Shown here piece by piece: positions 17,596-25,723 of a stretch of 64,000 nucleotides of DNA. The notes beneath the pieces are model-generated. The model was given only the letters and a program-made list of their open reading frames with translations, was not told the origin of the DNA and did not search any database. The translations under genes were made by a program, and so were the position numbers. This DNA is from Bacteroidota bacterium. Lineage in GTDB: Bacteria; Bacteroidota; Bacteroidia; Chitinophagales; Chitinophagaceae. Numbering within the stretch: position 1 is the stretch's first letter; each line of letters begins with the position of its first letter. The stretch covers positions 4,291-68,290 of the forward strand of contig CANGFA010000012.1 of assembly GCA_947453145.1 (NCBI GenBank). The letters are read 5' to 3'.

Positions 17596-20307
17596 GTGAT
17601 ACACTTAGGATACAAATTTAACGTAAAAACTAGGCCCCATATTGTAAAAATGGGGATTTTGCTATTATTAACAATAGTTTTACCTACTAGCTTGTTAAAT
17701 GCTCAGTTATTTAAAGCTAAATCTGCCAAAAAAGAGTCCATTCAAAGCCTTTCTAAGGATTCAACTATATCCAAAAAAGATACTTTAACTATAATTAGAG
17801 ATACCACCGTCCTTAAGGACAGTATGGTGTATGTTAGATCTTTAAGAATGTCTAAGGATAGTATGGACGCTGCTGTGGATTACAATGCTTCGGATTCGGG
17901 GGTGATGATCATAAAAACAAAGGAGTTTTTCCTATACGGAAATGCCAAAACAGTTTATAAGTCTTCACAATTAGAAGCAGCTAATATTATATTTGATCAA
18001 CAATCTCAAAACATAAGGGCATTTGGTGCCAAGGATACTTCGGGGAATCCCTTAAGCAATCCAAAATTTAAAGAAGGTCAAATGGTTTCCGTAAACGATA
18101 CCATTGTATATAACATGAAGTCGGGGAAGGGTTTAACAAAAAACACCAATTTTCAGCAAGGTGAAATTTATGTAAATGCTAATACCATGAAAAAAATTAG
18201 CAAGGATGAAGCCTTTGCGTATAAAGCTAAATTCACCACTTGTAATTTAGATGAACCTCATTTTGCATTTGTTACCAAAAAATTAAAAATTATTACGGAT
18301 AAAATGGGTTTGTCAGGCCCTATTTATCCTGAATTTGAAGGTGTGCCGATACCCATCCAAATACCTTTTGCTTTATTTCCTTTAACTAGAGGAAGGCATT
18401 CCGGATTAATGGCACCAGCATTTAATACCAGTGAAGATTTTGGTTTAGGATTAGAGGGCTTAGGTTATTATAAAATATTAAGTGATAATGTAGATGCAAC
18501 AGTGAGGGCTAATATTTATTCTTATGGTGGCTGGAGCACCAATATTAATACTAAATATATTAGACGCTACAAGTTCATTGGTAATTTTAATTTAGCCCTT
18601 CAAAATACAAAAATATTAAACCGCAATACATCTATTGCTGATGAGTTTACGGGTGGGAGAACTTTTATGTTAAACTGGTCACATCAAATGGACAGTAAGG
18701 CATTACCGGGTACTAGTTTTTCAGCGAACGTAAATTTCGGTAGTTCAAAGTACAACTCTTATTTATTAAATAATCCCTATCAGAATTACCAAAACCGTCT
18801 AAGTTCTTCTATATCTTATACAAAAACCTGGAATAATGTTTACAACTTATCGGTAAATATCAATCATAGTCAAAACACAAACCAGCGCACTGTAAATCTG
18901 AGTTTACCAAATATTAATTTTAACGCACTCACAGTTTATCCATTTCAAAAGAAGGATCAAATTGGGGCTGGCAAATGGTATGAAAAATTAGGTATTGGTT
19001 ATAATGGTACTTTCCAAAACCAAATTAATTTTTATGATTCTTCTATAAACATCAATCGATTATTAGATACCATGCAATGGGGTGCAACACATAGTATTCC
19101 TATATCATTATCACTTCCTGCCCTTGGACCTATTACCATTTCTCCATCTATTGGATTGGAAGATAAATGGTTTGGACAACAAAATGTAATGCAGTGGAAT
19201 GCCAAGCTTAAAAAAGTAGATACAACCATTTTGAGAGGTTTTTATAATGCAGCGCATGTTACTTTTGGTATAGGAACTTCCACAAGAATCTTTGGTACGT
19301 ATAAAGTGAAAGGGGATTATGTGGAAGCCATTCGACATGAGATAAGACCTAGTATTAGTTTTAATTACACGCCCGACTTAGCCTCCTCTTATCATTATAC
19401 CGCGCAAGTAGATTCGTCAGGTAGAAGATATCGCTTTTCGAAATTCGATGGAATAGGGATGGGCGGTGCTTATTCCGAAGGAAATTTTGGTGGCCTAGGA
19501 TTTGGAATTGATAACTTATTAGAGATGAAGGTTAGGGATAAGGAAAAAGGAGATACCTCCGAAAATGCGTTTAAAAAAGTAAAATTATTAGAAGGTTTTG
19601 GTTTTAATTCAAACTATAATTTTTTAGCAGATAGTTTTGCGTTGGGTAACTTTAACTTTTATGCAAGAACCATGTTGTTTAACACGATAAACATAAGTTC
19701 TTCTTTTACGGTGGATCCTTATGCAACGGATAAACAGGGATATCGGGTTAATAGATTAGACTTGGACCCAACTAAATTAAAGTTTGGAAATATTACAAAT
19801 GGAGGCATTTCCTTCTCCACTTCATTTAAGAGTAAATCAAAAAATGAGGAAGCCTCTAAGAAAAAAGAAATTCCATTGGACCCTTTCATGACACCCGAGG
19901 AGCAACAAAGACAATTGCAATATGTTAAAGCTAATCCTGCAGAGTTTACCGATTTTGACATTCCTTGGAATTTGACTATATCTTATTCATTTAATTTCAC
20001 CAGGGTTTTAAAGCCAGACTTTTCGGGTTATAAGACACAAACCTATAACTCGCTTAATTTTAATGGTGATTTTAGTTTAACTCCTAAATGGAAAATTGGT
20101 GGTACAGGTTATGTAGATGTGGAAAAGGCAAGCATACAACAATTAAGTATGTTTATCACAAGAGAAATGCATTGTTGGCAGTTATCTATTAATGTTACCC
20201 CCATTGGATTGTACAAGTCCTTTAGTATCACTGTGAATCCGAAGTCTGGAATATTAAGAGATTTAAAAATCAATAGAAGTAGAACCTTCTCTTCTTCTAG
20301 TTACTAA
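17596..20307 (+). CDS. lptD: Putative LPS-assembly protein LptD (Bacteroidota type)
   Basis: Signal peptide, N-terminal jellyroll, FTTCNLDEPHF, a large beta-barrel and C-terminal REMHCWQLSINVTP. Divergent from amidase-mlaD. Confidence 0.8.
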   Translation: MIHLGYKFNVKTRPHIVKMGILLLLTIVLPTSLLNAQLFKAKSAKKESIQSLSKDSTISKKDTLTIIRDTTVLKDSMVYVRSLRMSKDSMDAAVDYNASDSGVMIIKTKEFFLYGNAKTVYKSSQLEAANIIFDQQSQNIRAFGAKDTSGNPLSNPKFKEGQMVSVNDTIVYNMKSGKGLTKNTNFQQGEIYVNANTMKKISKDEAFAYKAKFTTCNLDEPHFAFVTKKLKIITDKMGLSGPIYPEFEGVPIPIQIPFALFPLTRGRHSGLMAPAFNTSEDFGLGLEGLGYYKILSDNVDATVRANIYSYGGWSTNINTKYIRRYKFIGNFNLALQNTKILNRNTSIADEFTGGRTFMLNWSHQMDSKALPGTSFSANVNFGSSKYNSYLLNNPYQNYQNRLSSSISYTKTWNNVYNLSVNINHSQNTNQRTVNLSLPNINFNALTVYPFQKKDQIGAGKWYEKLGIGYNGTFQNQINFYDSSININRLLDTMQWGATHSIPISLSLPALGPITISPSIGLEDKWFGQQNVMQWNAKLKKVDTTILRGFYNAAHVTFGIGTSTRIFGTYKVKGDYVEAIRHEIRPSISFNYTPDLASSYHYTAQVDSSGRRYRFSKFDGIGMGGAYSEGNFGGLGFGIDNLLEMKVRDKEKGDTSENAFKKVKLLEGFGFNSNYNFLADSFALGNFNFYARTMLFNTINISSSFTVDPYATDKQGYRVNRLDLDPTKLKFGNITNGGISFSTSFKSKSKNEEASKKKEIPLDPFMTPEEQQRQLQYVKANPAEFTDFDIPWNLTISYSFNFTRVLKPDFSGYKTQTYNSLNFNGDFSLTPKWKIGGTGYVDVEKASIQQLSMFITREMHCWQLSINVTPIGLYKSFSITVNPKSGILRDLKINRSRTFSSSSY

Positions 20308-20322
20308 TTAAAATTTGCCAAC

Positions 20323-21078
20323 TTATTTTTCGTTTGCTAAATAATAGGCTGCCATAATATCATACACTTCTTGCTTTAAAGAATTAATAGTATGACCCTG
20401 AGGATAAACTGCAGGAAGAATATTCATGGATATTTTACCTGGTTTAAAATACATTGTGGGTTTAGCTGGCAACATTTTTTTACTATTCAATAATACGACC
20501 GGCACAATAGGCTTTTGAGTATCAATAGAAAGTTTAAAAGCACCATCATAAAAGGACTTTAAGGGTGCAGATGTTTTATTTCTTGTTCCTTCGGGGTAAA
20601 GTAACATATCTAATCCATGGTTTAAAACATACTTCATTTCGTTATAACTAGTTTGACGACTTTTGCTATCATTTCTGTCTACTAATACGGTTCCTATGGA
20701 ATAGATCCATCCAAAAATAGGCACTTTAGATAAAGATTTTTTTGCAATGGTTTTGTTAGCTCTTGGCAAAAAAGGAAAACTTACTGGAATGTCTAACATG
20801 CTATTGTGGTTGCAAACAATAATGGCATTTTCTAGTCCGTCAAAATGATGCTTACCTCTTACAGAAAAACGAATTCCAGAAAGCAACATGAAAGTGCCCA
20901 TCCATAATTGAGAAACCTTGCGATGCCATTTAGTTTTTTCTGGCTCTCGAAGGATTAAGCAGAAAATATAAAACCACATGTAGACAAACATGGTTGCAGC
21001 AAACATAAATAATGCCCAAAAGGCTAATATTCTCGCAACAATACTCTTTAATAATTTCATAATCATCTCAATTTGCAA
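20323..21078 (-). CDS. 1-acyl-sn-glycerol-3-phosphate acyltransferase (PlsC family; probable ATG near 21066/21060)
   Basis: NHNSMLD (HX4D), YPEGTR and FYDGAF motifs. Confidence 0.9.
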   Translation of the reverse strand: MQIEMIMKLLKSIVARILAFWALFMFAATMFVYMWFYIFCLILREPEKTKWHRKVSQLWMGTFMLLSGIRFSVRGKHHFDGLENAIIVCNHNSMLDIPVSFPFLPRANKTIAKKSLSKVPIFGWIYSIGTVLVDRNDSKSRQTSYNEMKYVLNHGLDMLLYPEGTRNKTSAPLKSFYDGAFKLSIDTQKPIVPVVLLNSKKMLPAKPTMYFKPGKISMNILPAVYPQGHTINSLKQEVYDIMAAYYLANEK

Positions 21079-21750
21079 TTAAGGCATCCAGTCTATTGGA
21101 TTTTTATTTTTCTCTGTTAAATATAAGTTTGTGCTACTAAAATGCTTGCATCCAAAAAATCCATTATGAGCGCTTAATGGAGAAGGATGTGCTGCTTTTA
21201 AAATTTTATGTTTAGTAGCGTCAATTAATACTTTCTTTTGTTGAGCAAAGTTACCCCATAAAAGAAAAACAACTTCTTTTTTTTGATTGGAAATTATTTT
21301 TATCACATTGTCTGTAAATTCCATCCATCCAATTTTGCTATGACTAGCAGGTTCATTCGCCCGCACTGTGAGCACTGCATTTAAAAGCAATACTCCTTGT
21401 TTTGCCCATTTGGTTAAGTTGCCCGTGCTAGGTATGGGCATGCCAATATCTTTATTTAGTTCCTTGTAAATATTTATAAGCGAAGGGGGAGGTTTTACAC
21501 CATCCGGCACCGAAAAACTTAAGCCCATGGCTTGACCTGGGTTATGATAAGGATCTTGTCCTAAAATGACCACTTTAACTTGGTCGAATGGGGTTTGTTC
21601 AAAAGCATTAAAAATAAGGGTGCCTTTAGGGTAAATAATACTATTTAAAGCCTTTTCAGTTTTAAGATGGGCCGTTATTTTTGAGAAATAGGGCTGATCA
21701 AATAAAGTAGCTAGTTCTTTTTTCCAACTTGCTTCCATTTTTACATCCAT
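21079..21750 (-). CDS. ung: Uracil-DNA glycosylase (family 1)
   Basis: VVILGQDPYHNPGQAMGLSFSV, GVLLLNAVLTV and AHPSPLSA. Confidence 0.97.
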   Translation of the reverse strand: MDVKMEASWKKELATLFDQPYFSKITAHLKTEKALNSIIYPKGTLIFNAFEQTPFDQVKVVILGQDPYHNPGQAMGLSFSVPDGVKPPPSLINIYKELNKDIGMPIPSTGNLTKWAKQGVLLLNAVLTVRANEPASHSKIGWMEFTDNVIKIISNQKKEVVFLLWGNFAQQKKVLIDATKHKILKAAHPSPLSAHNGFFGCKHFSSTNLYLTEKNKNPIDWMP

Positions 21751-22733
21751 AGCTTACCATTTTTATAAGCAAACTTAATTAGCCTATATCTATTCAACAT
21801 TTTTTCCATGTCTATGATTAATGATTCACGGGGTATTTGGTCGAAATTAGGCAATGTATTTGAATTGTTATTTATTCCTTTAAATTGCTGAAGGGCAATG
21901 TCTCCAAATGCGGAAATAATTGAAATTTTGATAGCAAATTTTAATTTATCGCTTTTAGGAACTGATAATTTTGAAATACTACTATTGAGTAACCTTTTTT
22001 GATTGGAATAAATCAATTCAATACTGGGGAGTTCTCGTTGTGTATTTGCGAAAGTATAAATGCCTTCCTTAGTATCTTTATAAGTATCGTATAAATCGTT
22101 GGTCATTTGTATAAGCCCTCCTAAGGAATACCAACAATCATCTATATTTTCATTGAAAGGGTCAGTAAGGTAATGCCTGCACATCAACAAGCTATAGCCG
22201 CCTTTTCGCTTAGTAATGTCAACTAGTTCATCCAAGCTTGTGTGGGCATTAAATTGTTTGGCGGAATCTTTTTGCGCTAAATGAATTTGTTTAACCACTT
22301 CCCAATACGCGTTTTTATCTGGCACTTGTGAAAGTAAAGCAAGATGCATAGCAATTAATACCCTTTCTTTGAAGTTACTTGGGCTTATTTTTTCAGGTTG
22401 AAAAGTAATATCATATACCCGTTGTTCATCTATTTTTAAATCATCTGTTAATGAATCATACAAAACGGTCATTAAAAAGTATTGAATATTTCTTTCCTCT
22501 TCTGCCTTGGTATTGCTTCTATTAAAAAGTCCTGAAAAGGTATTGGCAACAAAATGCAATTGAATACTCTGAAATTTTGATACTTTTTTTATTAAATCAG
22601 GTTCAAATTGTCCTTGATAGGCTGTTTCTAAATGTGTTAAATATTCCTTTCCCCAAGTTTCGGATTTCTTGAGTTGGGTAAGCGAAATATATATTAATTT
22701 CGAAATTGTTACTATAAATTGAAAAAAGTACAT
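21741..22733 (-). CDS. Class I isoprenoid-synthase / terpene-synthase-fold protein, product unknown
   Basis: Asp-rich LYDSLTDD, plus AQKDS, KRKGG and LGGLIQMTNDLYDTYKDTKEG, and a C-terminal RY. All-helical character. Confidence 0.62.
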   Translation of the reverse strand: MYFFQFIVTISKLIYISLTQLKKSETWGKEYLTHLETAYQGQFEPDLIKKVSKFQSIQLHFVANTFSGLFNRSNTKAEEERNIQYFLMTVLYDSLTDDLKIDEQRVYDITFQPEKISPSNFKERVLIAMHLALLSQVPDKNAYWEVVKQIHLAQKDSAKQFNAHTSLDELVDITKRKGGYSLLMCRHYLTDPFNENIDDCWYSLGGLIQMTNDLYDTYKDTKEGIYTFANTQRELPSIELIYSNQKRLLNSSISKLSVPKSDKLKFAIKISIISAFGDIALQQFKGINNNSNTLPNFDQIPRESLIIDMEKMLNRYRLIKFAYKNGKLWM

Positions 22734-22796
22734 GAAGCTAAATTAATTCATTTCTCTTCAATTTAAACAATTAAATAGCCATCTAAATCTAATAGT

Positions 22797-24098
22797 ATGC
22801 ACCCAATCAAGCTCTTTAATAAATTTTTAGCGTGTAGTTTATTGTTGATCCTAACAAATCATTTAATTGCACAGGATTCAACCAATGCAATGGTTTCACT
22901 TTATAGTAATGCGTATACTTATCCGCGCGCAAACGAAGAGGAAAGTTTGATCACTAAGGATGGACTAATGGGATGGAAGGATCAGGATAGAGTAACCAAA
23001 GTATTTTTTTATGTCTCTAAACCTACAAGTGTTTCCATTGCGCTTCAACTTGCACAAGTTTTTAATGATTGTAAGTTATCCGTAAAATTAGATAAGCAAA
23101 CGAAATCGCAATTATTACATGTAAACAATTTAGATACGATAATTACCGTTGGCAGTTTTCAAATAAAGGATACAGGCTATCATTACCTTGAAATTAAAGG
23201 AGCATCCAAAAAGGGTGTAAAATATCCTACTATACCTTTTTTATTACTTCACAAATATGAAATAGGTTCCATTCAATTTAATTCTAGTCATTACCGTGGT
23301 GCAGCGTCTACTCATTTAAGATACACCGTGCCTGGAGATAGCAGTGTGCAATGGTTTTATACTGAGGTTAAAGTGCCAGATGAAGTTAAAAATTCGGTTC
23401 ATGCTTATTATGAAACCAATGGTTTTCATAGTGGATATGGTGGGATCCAAATTAATAGTCTTACAGAAAGACGGTTTATTTTTTCTATCTGGAGCTTATT
23501 TAAAACAGATGACCCAAAACAAATTCCAGCCGATTACATTGTTCATTTAAATAAAAAAGGGAAAGCTGTTTTCACCGGTGAATTTGGGGACGAAGGTTCG
23601 GGGGGCCATAGTCATTTAGTAACTTATTGGAAGACGAATACAACCTATCGTTTTTTAACTGGTATTAAAGCTTTAAAAGGAGATAGTGCCACTTATATTG
23701 GTTATTATGCAAGTCCTGATGACAATTACAAATGGCATTTGCTTTCACAATGGACACAGCATAAAACTGATACAAAAACTGGATTTAAACGATTATATGC
23801 TTTTGTTGAAAATTTTAGTGATAATGGGGACGATTTTTTCAAAGCCTATTATAGTAATCAGTGGGCCATTACGTTTAGTGGGAATTGGTTGGAGTTAACT
23901 GAGGCAAAGTTTACAACTACTGCCAATAATAAAACTCATCAGCGTTTTGATTATGGTGCAGGTGTGGAAAACGGAAAGTTTTATATGTACTCGGGTGGGT
24001 TTAAACTTAATCGAAACATAATGCCTGACAATATGATTACTAGACCCGCTATCGGTAAGCACATTGATATTGATTTTAAGGCGTTGGAGAGGGAGTAG
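22797..24098 (+). CDS. Secreted DUF5077/DUF3472-type protein, function unknown
   Basis: Signal peptide (LIA|QD). The motifs GYGGIQINSLTERRFIFSIWS, FGDEGSGGHS and LYAFVENF match my recollection of DUF3472. Confidence 0.7.
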   Translation: MHPIKLFNKFLACSLLLILTNHLIAQDSTNAMVSLYSNAYTYPRANEEESLITKDGLMGWKDQDRVTKVFFYVSKPTSVSIALQLAQVFNDCKLSVKLDKQTKSQLLHVNNLDTIITVGSFQIKDTGYHYLEIKGASKKGVKYPTIPFLLLHKYEIGSIQFNSSHYRGAASTHLRYTVPGDSSVQWFYTEVKVPDEVKNSVHAYYETNGFHSGYGGIQINSLTERRFIFSIWSLFKTDDPKQIPADYIVHLNKKGKAVFTGEFGDEGSGGHSHLVTYWKTNTTYRFLTGIKALKGDSATYIGYYASPDDNYKWHLLSQWTQHKTDTKTGFKRLYAFVENFSDNGDDFFKAYYSNQWAITFSGNWLELTEAKFTTTANNKTHQRFDYGAGVENGKFYMYSGGFKLNRNIMPDNMITRPAIGKHIDIDFKALERE

Positions 24099-24103
24099 GT
24101 TTA

Positions 24104-24145
24104 AAATATAAAAGCCCGATACTTTCGTATCAGGCTTTTATATTT
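24104..24145. terminator. Bidirectional terminator between convergent genes
   Basis: AAATATAAAAGCC-CGATAC-TTTC-GTATCA-GGCTTTTATATTT. Confidence 0.8.
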
Positions 24146-24157
24146 ATGTAGAATTAT

Positions 24158-24526
24158 TTATTCATTAGGGCCTCTTCCTCCACCACGTTGCATAGACATT
24201 GCTTCAATTACTTTTTTAGCTAAGTCTGCGGGTAATGCTTTTTCTATACGCTTGTTTCTTTCATCATTAATTTCTTTCATTTTTTCTTGTCTTGCTTCTG
24301 GATCTAAATCGCGTAATGCCATCATTTTAGGACGGAAATCATTACTTATTGCAATTACAGAATCTGTTTGAACATCGTTACATCCTAAAGTTTTAAAACG
24401 TTCTTTCATCATAGCTAATCTTTGTGCTGGATCCATTTGTTGTCCACCGCCACCGCCATTTTGAGCATGCACCGAAGTGATTGATAAACCCAATGCTAAA
24501 ATCATTAAACCAAACATTTTTTTCAT
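24158..24526 (-). CDS. Small secreted helical protein (Spy/CpxP/DUF4890-like)
   Basis: Signal peptide (VHA|Q), Gly-rich termini, Met/Arg/Glu-rich amphipathic helices and an LGCNDVQ segment resembling LTxxQ. Confidence 0.55.
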   Translation of the reverse strand: MKKMFGLMILALGLSITSVHAQNGGGGGQQMDPAQRLAMMKERFKTLGCNDVQTDSVIAISNDFRPKMMALRDLDPEARQEKMKEINDERNKRIEKALPADLAKKVIEAMSMQRGGGRGPNE

Positions 24527-24606
24527 AGTTATTCGTTTTTATTAAAATTAAGTTAAGAAATAATCCAAAGATTTACAAATAGAAAGTATAAATGGTAAGG
24601 GATTAC

Positions 24607-24703
24607 CTCAAGGATTACCTCGCTTTGCTCGGTTATCCCTTAGTGGAGCTTACTCAAGGATTACCTCGCTTTGCTCGGTTATCCCTTAGTGGAGCTTACT
24701 CAA
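24607..24703. repeat. Exact 46-bp tandem duplication of a REP-like palindrome
   Basis: CTCAAGGATTACCTCGCTTTGCTCGGTTATCCCTTAGTGGAGCTTA occurs at 24607-24652 and 24653-24698, followed by CTCAA. An extra GGATTACCTC lies at 24600-24609. Confidence 0.9.
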
Positions 24704-24799
24704 AGCCTTTCAAATAAACGCGAAGCGTTTATTTGGCTTTTTTAATACTCAAACGCTCAATCAAGCAAGCTTGTTTCGCGTTTTCGTATTAAAAAAGCC
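24702..24799. repeat. Interlocking inverted repeats
   Basis: Perfect 11-bp stem CAAATAAACGC-GAA-GCGTTTATTTG (24711-24735). Perfect 14-bp arms GGCTTTTTTAATAC (24735-24748) and GTATTAAAAAAGCC (24786-24799) enclose AAACGC/GCGTTT. Confidence 0.85.
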
Positions 24800-24821
24800 T
24801 GTCACTTTCGTGACAGGCTTT
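24791..24821 (-). terminator. Intrinsic terminator of the tRNA-Arg transcript
   Basis: Minus strand AAAGCCTGTCAC-GAAA-GTGACAGGCTTTTTT, starting just after the tRNA 3' end. Confidence 0.8.
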
Positions 24822-24822
24822 G

Positions 24823-24896
24823 TGATCCGGATTGGATTCGAACCAATGACCCTCATCTTAGAAGGATGACGCTCTATCCAGCTGAGCTACCGAACC
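24823..24896 (-). tRNA. tRNA-Arg(UCU), CCA not encoded
   Basis: Cloverleaf GGTTCGG-TA-GCTCAGCTGGATAGAGC-G-TCATC-CTTCTAA-GATGA-GGGTC-ATTGG-TTCGAAT-CCAAT-CCGGATC-A. Confidence 0.96.
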
Positions 24897-24964
24897 AGGA
24901 GCTTCCAATTGGAGGTGCAAATTAAGGAAAAAATACGCTTAATTCAAAGAAAATAGGTCATAAA

Positions 24965-25690
24965 TCAGTGATCGGATATTAAATCACGAATAACTACACT
25001 TGCTACCGTACAACCGAAAATGGCTGGCATATAGCTCATCGTACCTATGATTGATTTTTTAGGGAATGCTTTTTCAGTAACAATAATTTTATCTTGATCA
25101 GCTTTTTCTGGACTAAAGACAACTTTAAGTCCTTTTTTAACCCCTAAGCTTTGTAATCTTTTACGAACATATCTGGCCAAATTACATACATAGGTTTTTG
25201 ATATATCTGAAACCGTTATTTGAGATGGATCTATTTTGCCGCCAGCCCCCATTGAACTTACAATGGGAAATTTCATATCTAGACATTTCTTAATTAAAAA
25301 TACTTTACAGGACAAAGTATCAATGCAATCCACTACGTAATCCCAGTTTGCGGATTCCAATAAATTAGTAGTTATTTCTTCCTTAATATACATCTCATGT
25401 ACCGTTAAATTTAACGCTGGGTTAATATCTAGCAATCGAGATGAAAGTACTTTGGCTTTGGGTATATCCACCGTGGAATGTAGGGCCTGAATTTGTCTAT
25501 TAATATTACTAGCATCTACCCGGTCGTTATCCACTATAGTAATGCTGCCAACCCCAGCTCTAACAATCATCTCTGCGCAAATGGCACCCACACCTCCCAA
25601 TCCAATCACCAAAACATTTTTAGTCATTAATTGTTCCATAGGTTCGTCCCCCAGCATTAATTGTGTTCTACTCATCCAATATGGTATCAT
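24965..25690 (-). CDS. tcdA: tRNA threonylcarbamoyladenosine dehydratase (ThiF/E1-like)
   Basis: VLVIGLGGVGA, VDNDRVDASNINRQ, SSMGAGGKIDPS, VVFSPE and GTMSYMPAIFG. Confidence 0.85.
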   Translation of the reverse strand: MIPYWMSRTQLMLGDEPMEQLMTKNVLVIGLGGVGAICAEMIVRAGVGSITIVDNDRVDASNINRQIQALHSTVDIPKAKVLSSRLLDINPALNLTVHEMYIKEEITTNLLESANWDYVVDCIDTLSCKVFLIKKCLDMKFPIVSSMGAGGKIDPSQITVSDISKTYVCNLARYVRKRLQSLGVKKGLKVVFSPEKADQDKIIVTEKAFPKKSIIGTMSYMPAIFGCTVASVVIRDLISDH

Positions 25691-25723
25691 GTTGTATCTT
25701 TAGATTGCAAAAATGAATAAACT

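Noticed and set aside
24607-24703. CRISPR mini-array interpretation of the 46-bp repeat
   Set aside because: The copies are directly adjacent with no unique spacer, there are only two, and no cas gene is in the window.
24098-24896. Integrative island at tRNA-Arg(UCU)
   Set aside because: No integrase and no duplicated tRNA 3' end (attR) nearby. The flanking genes look native in composition.
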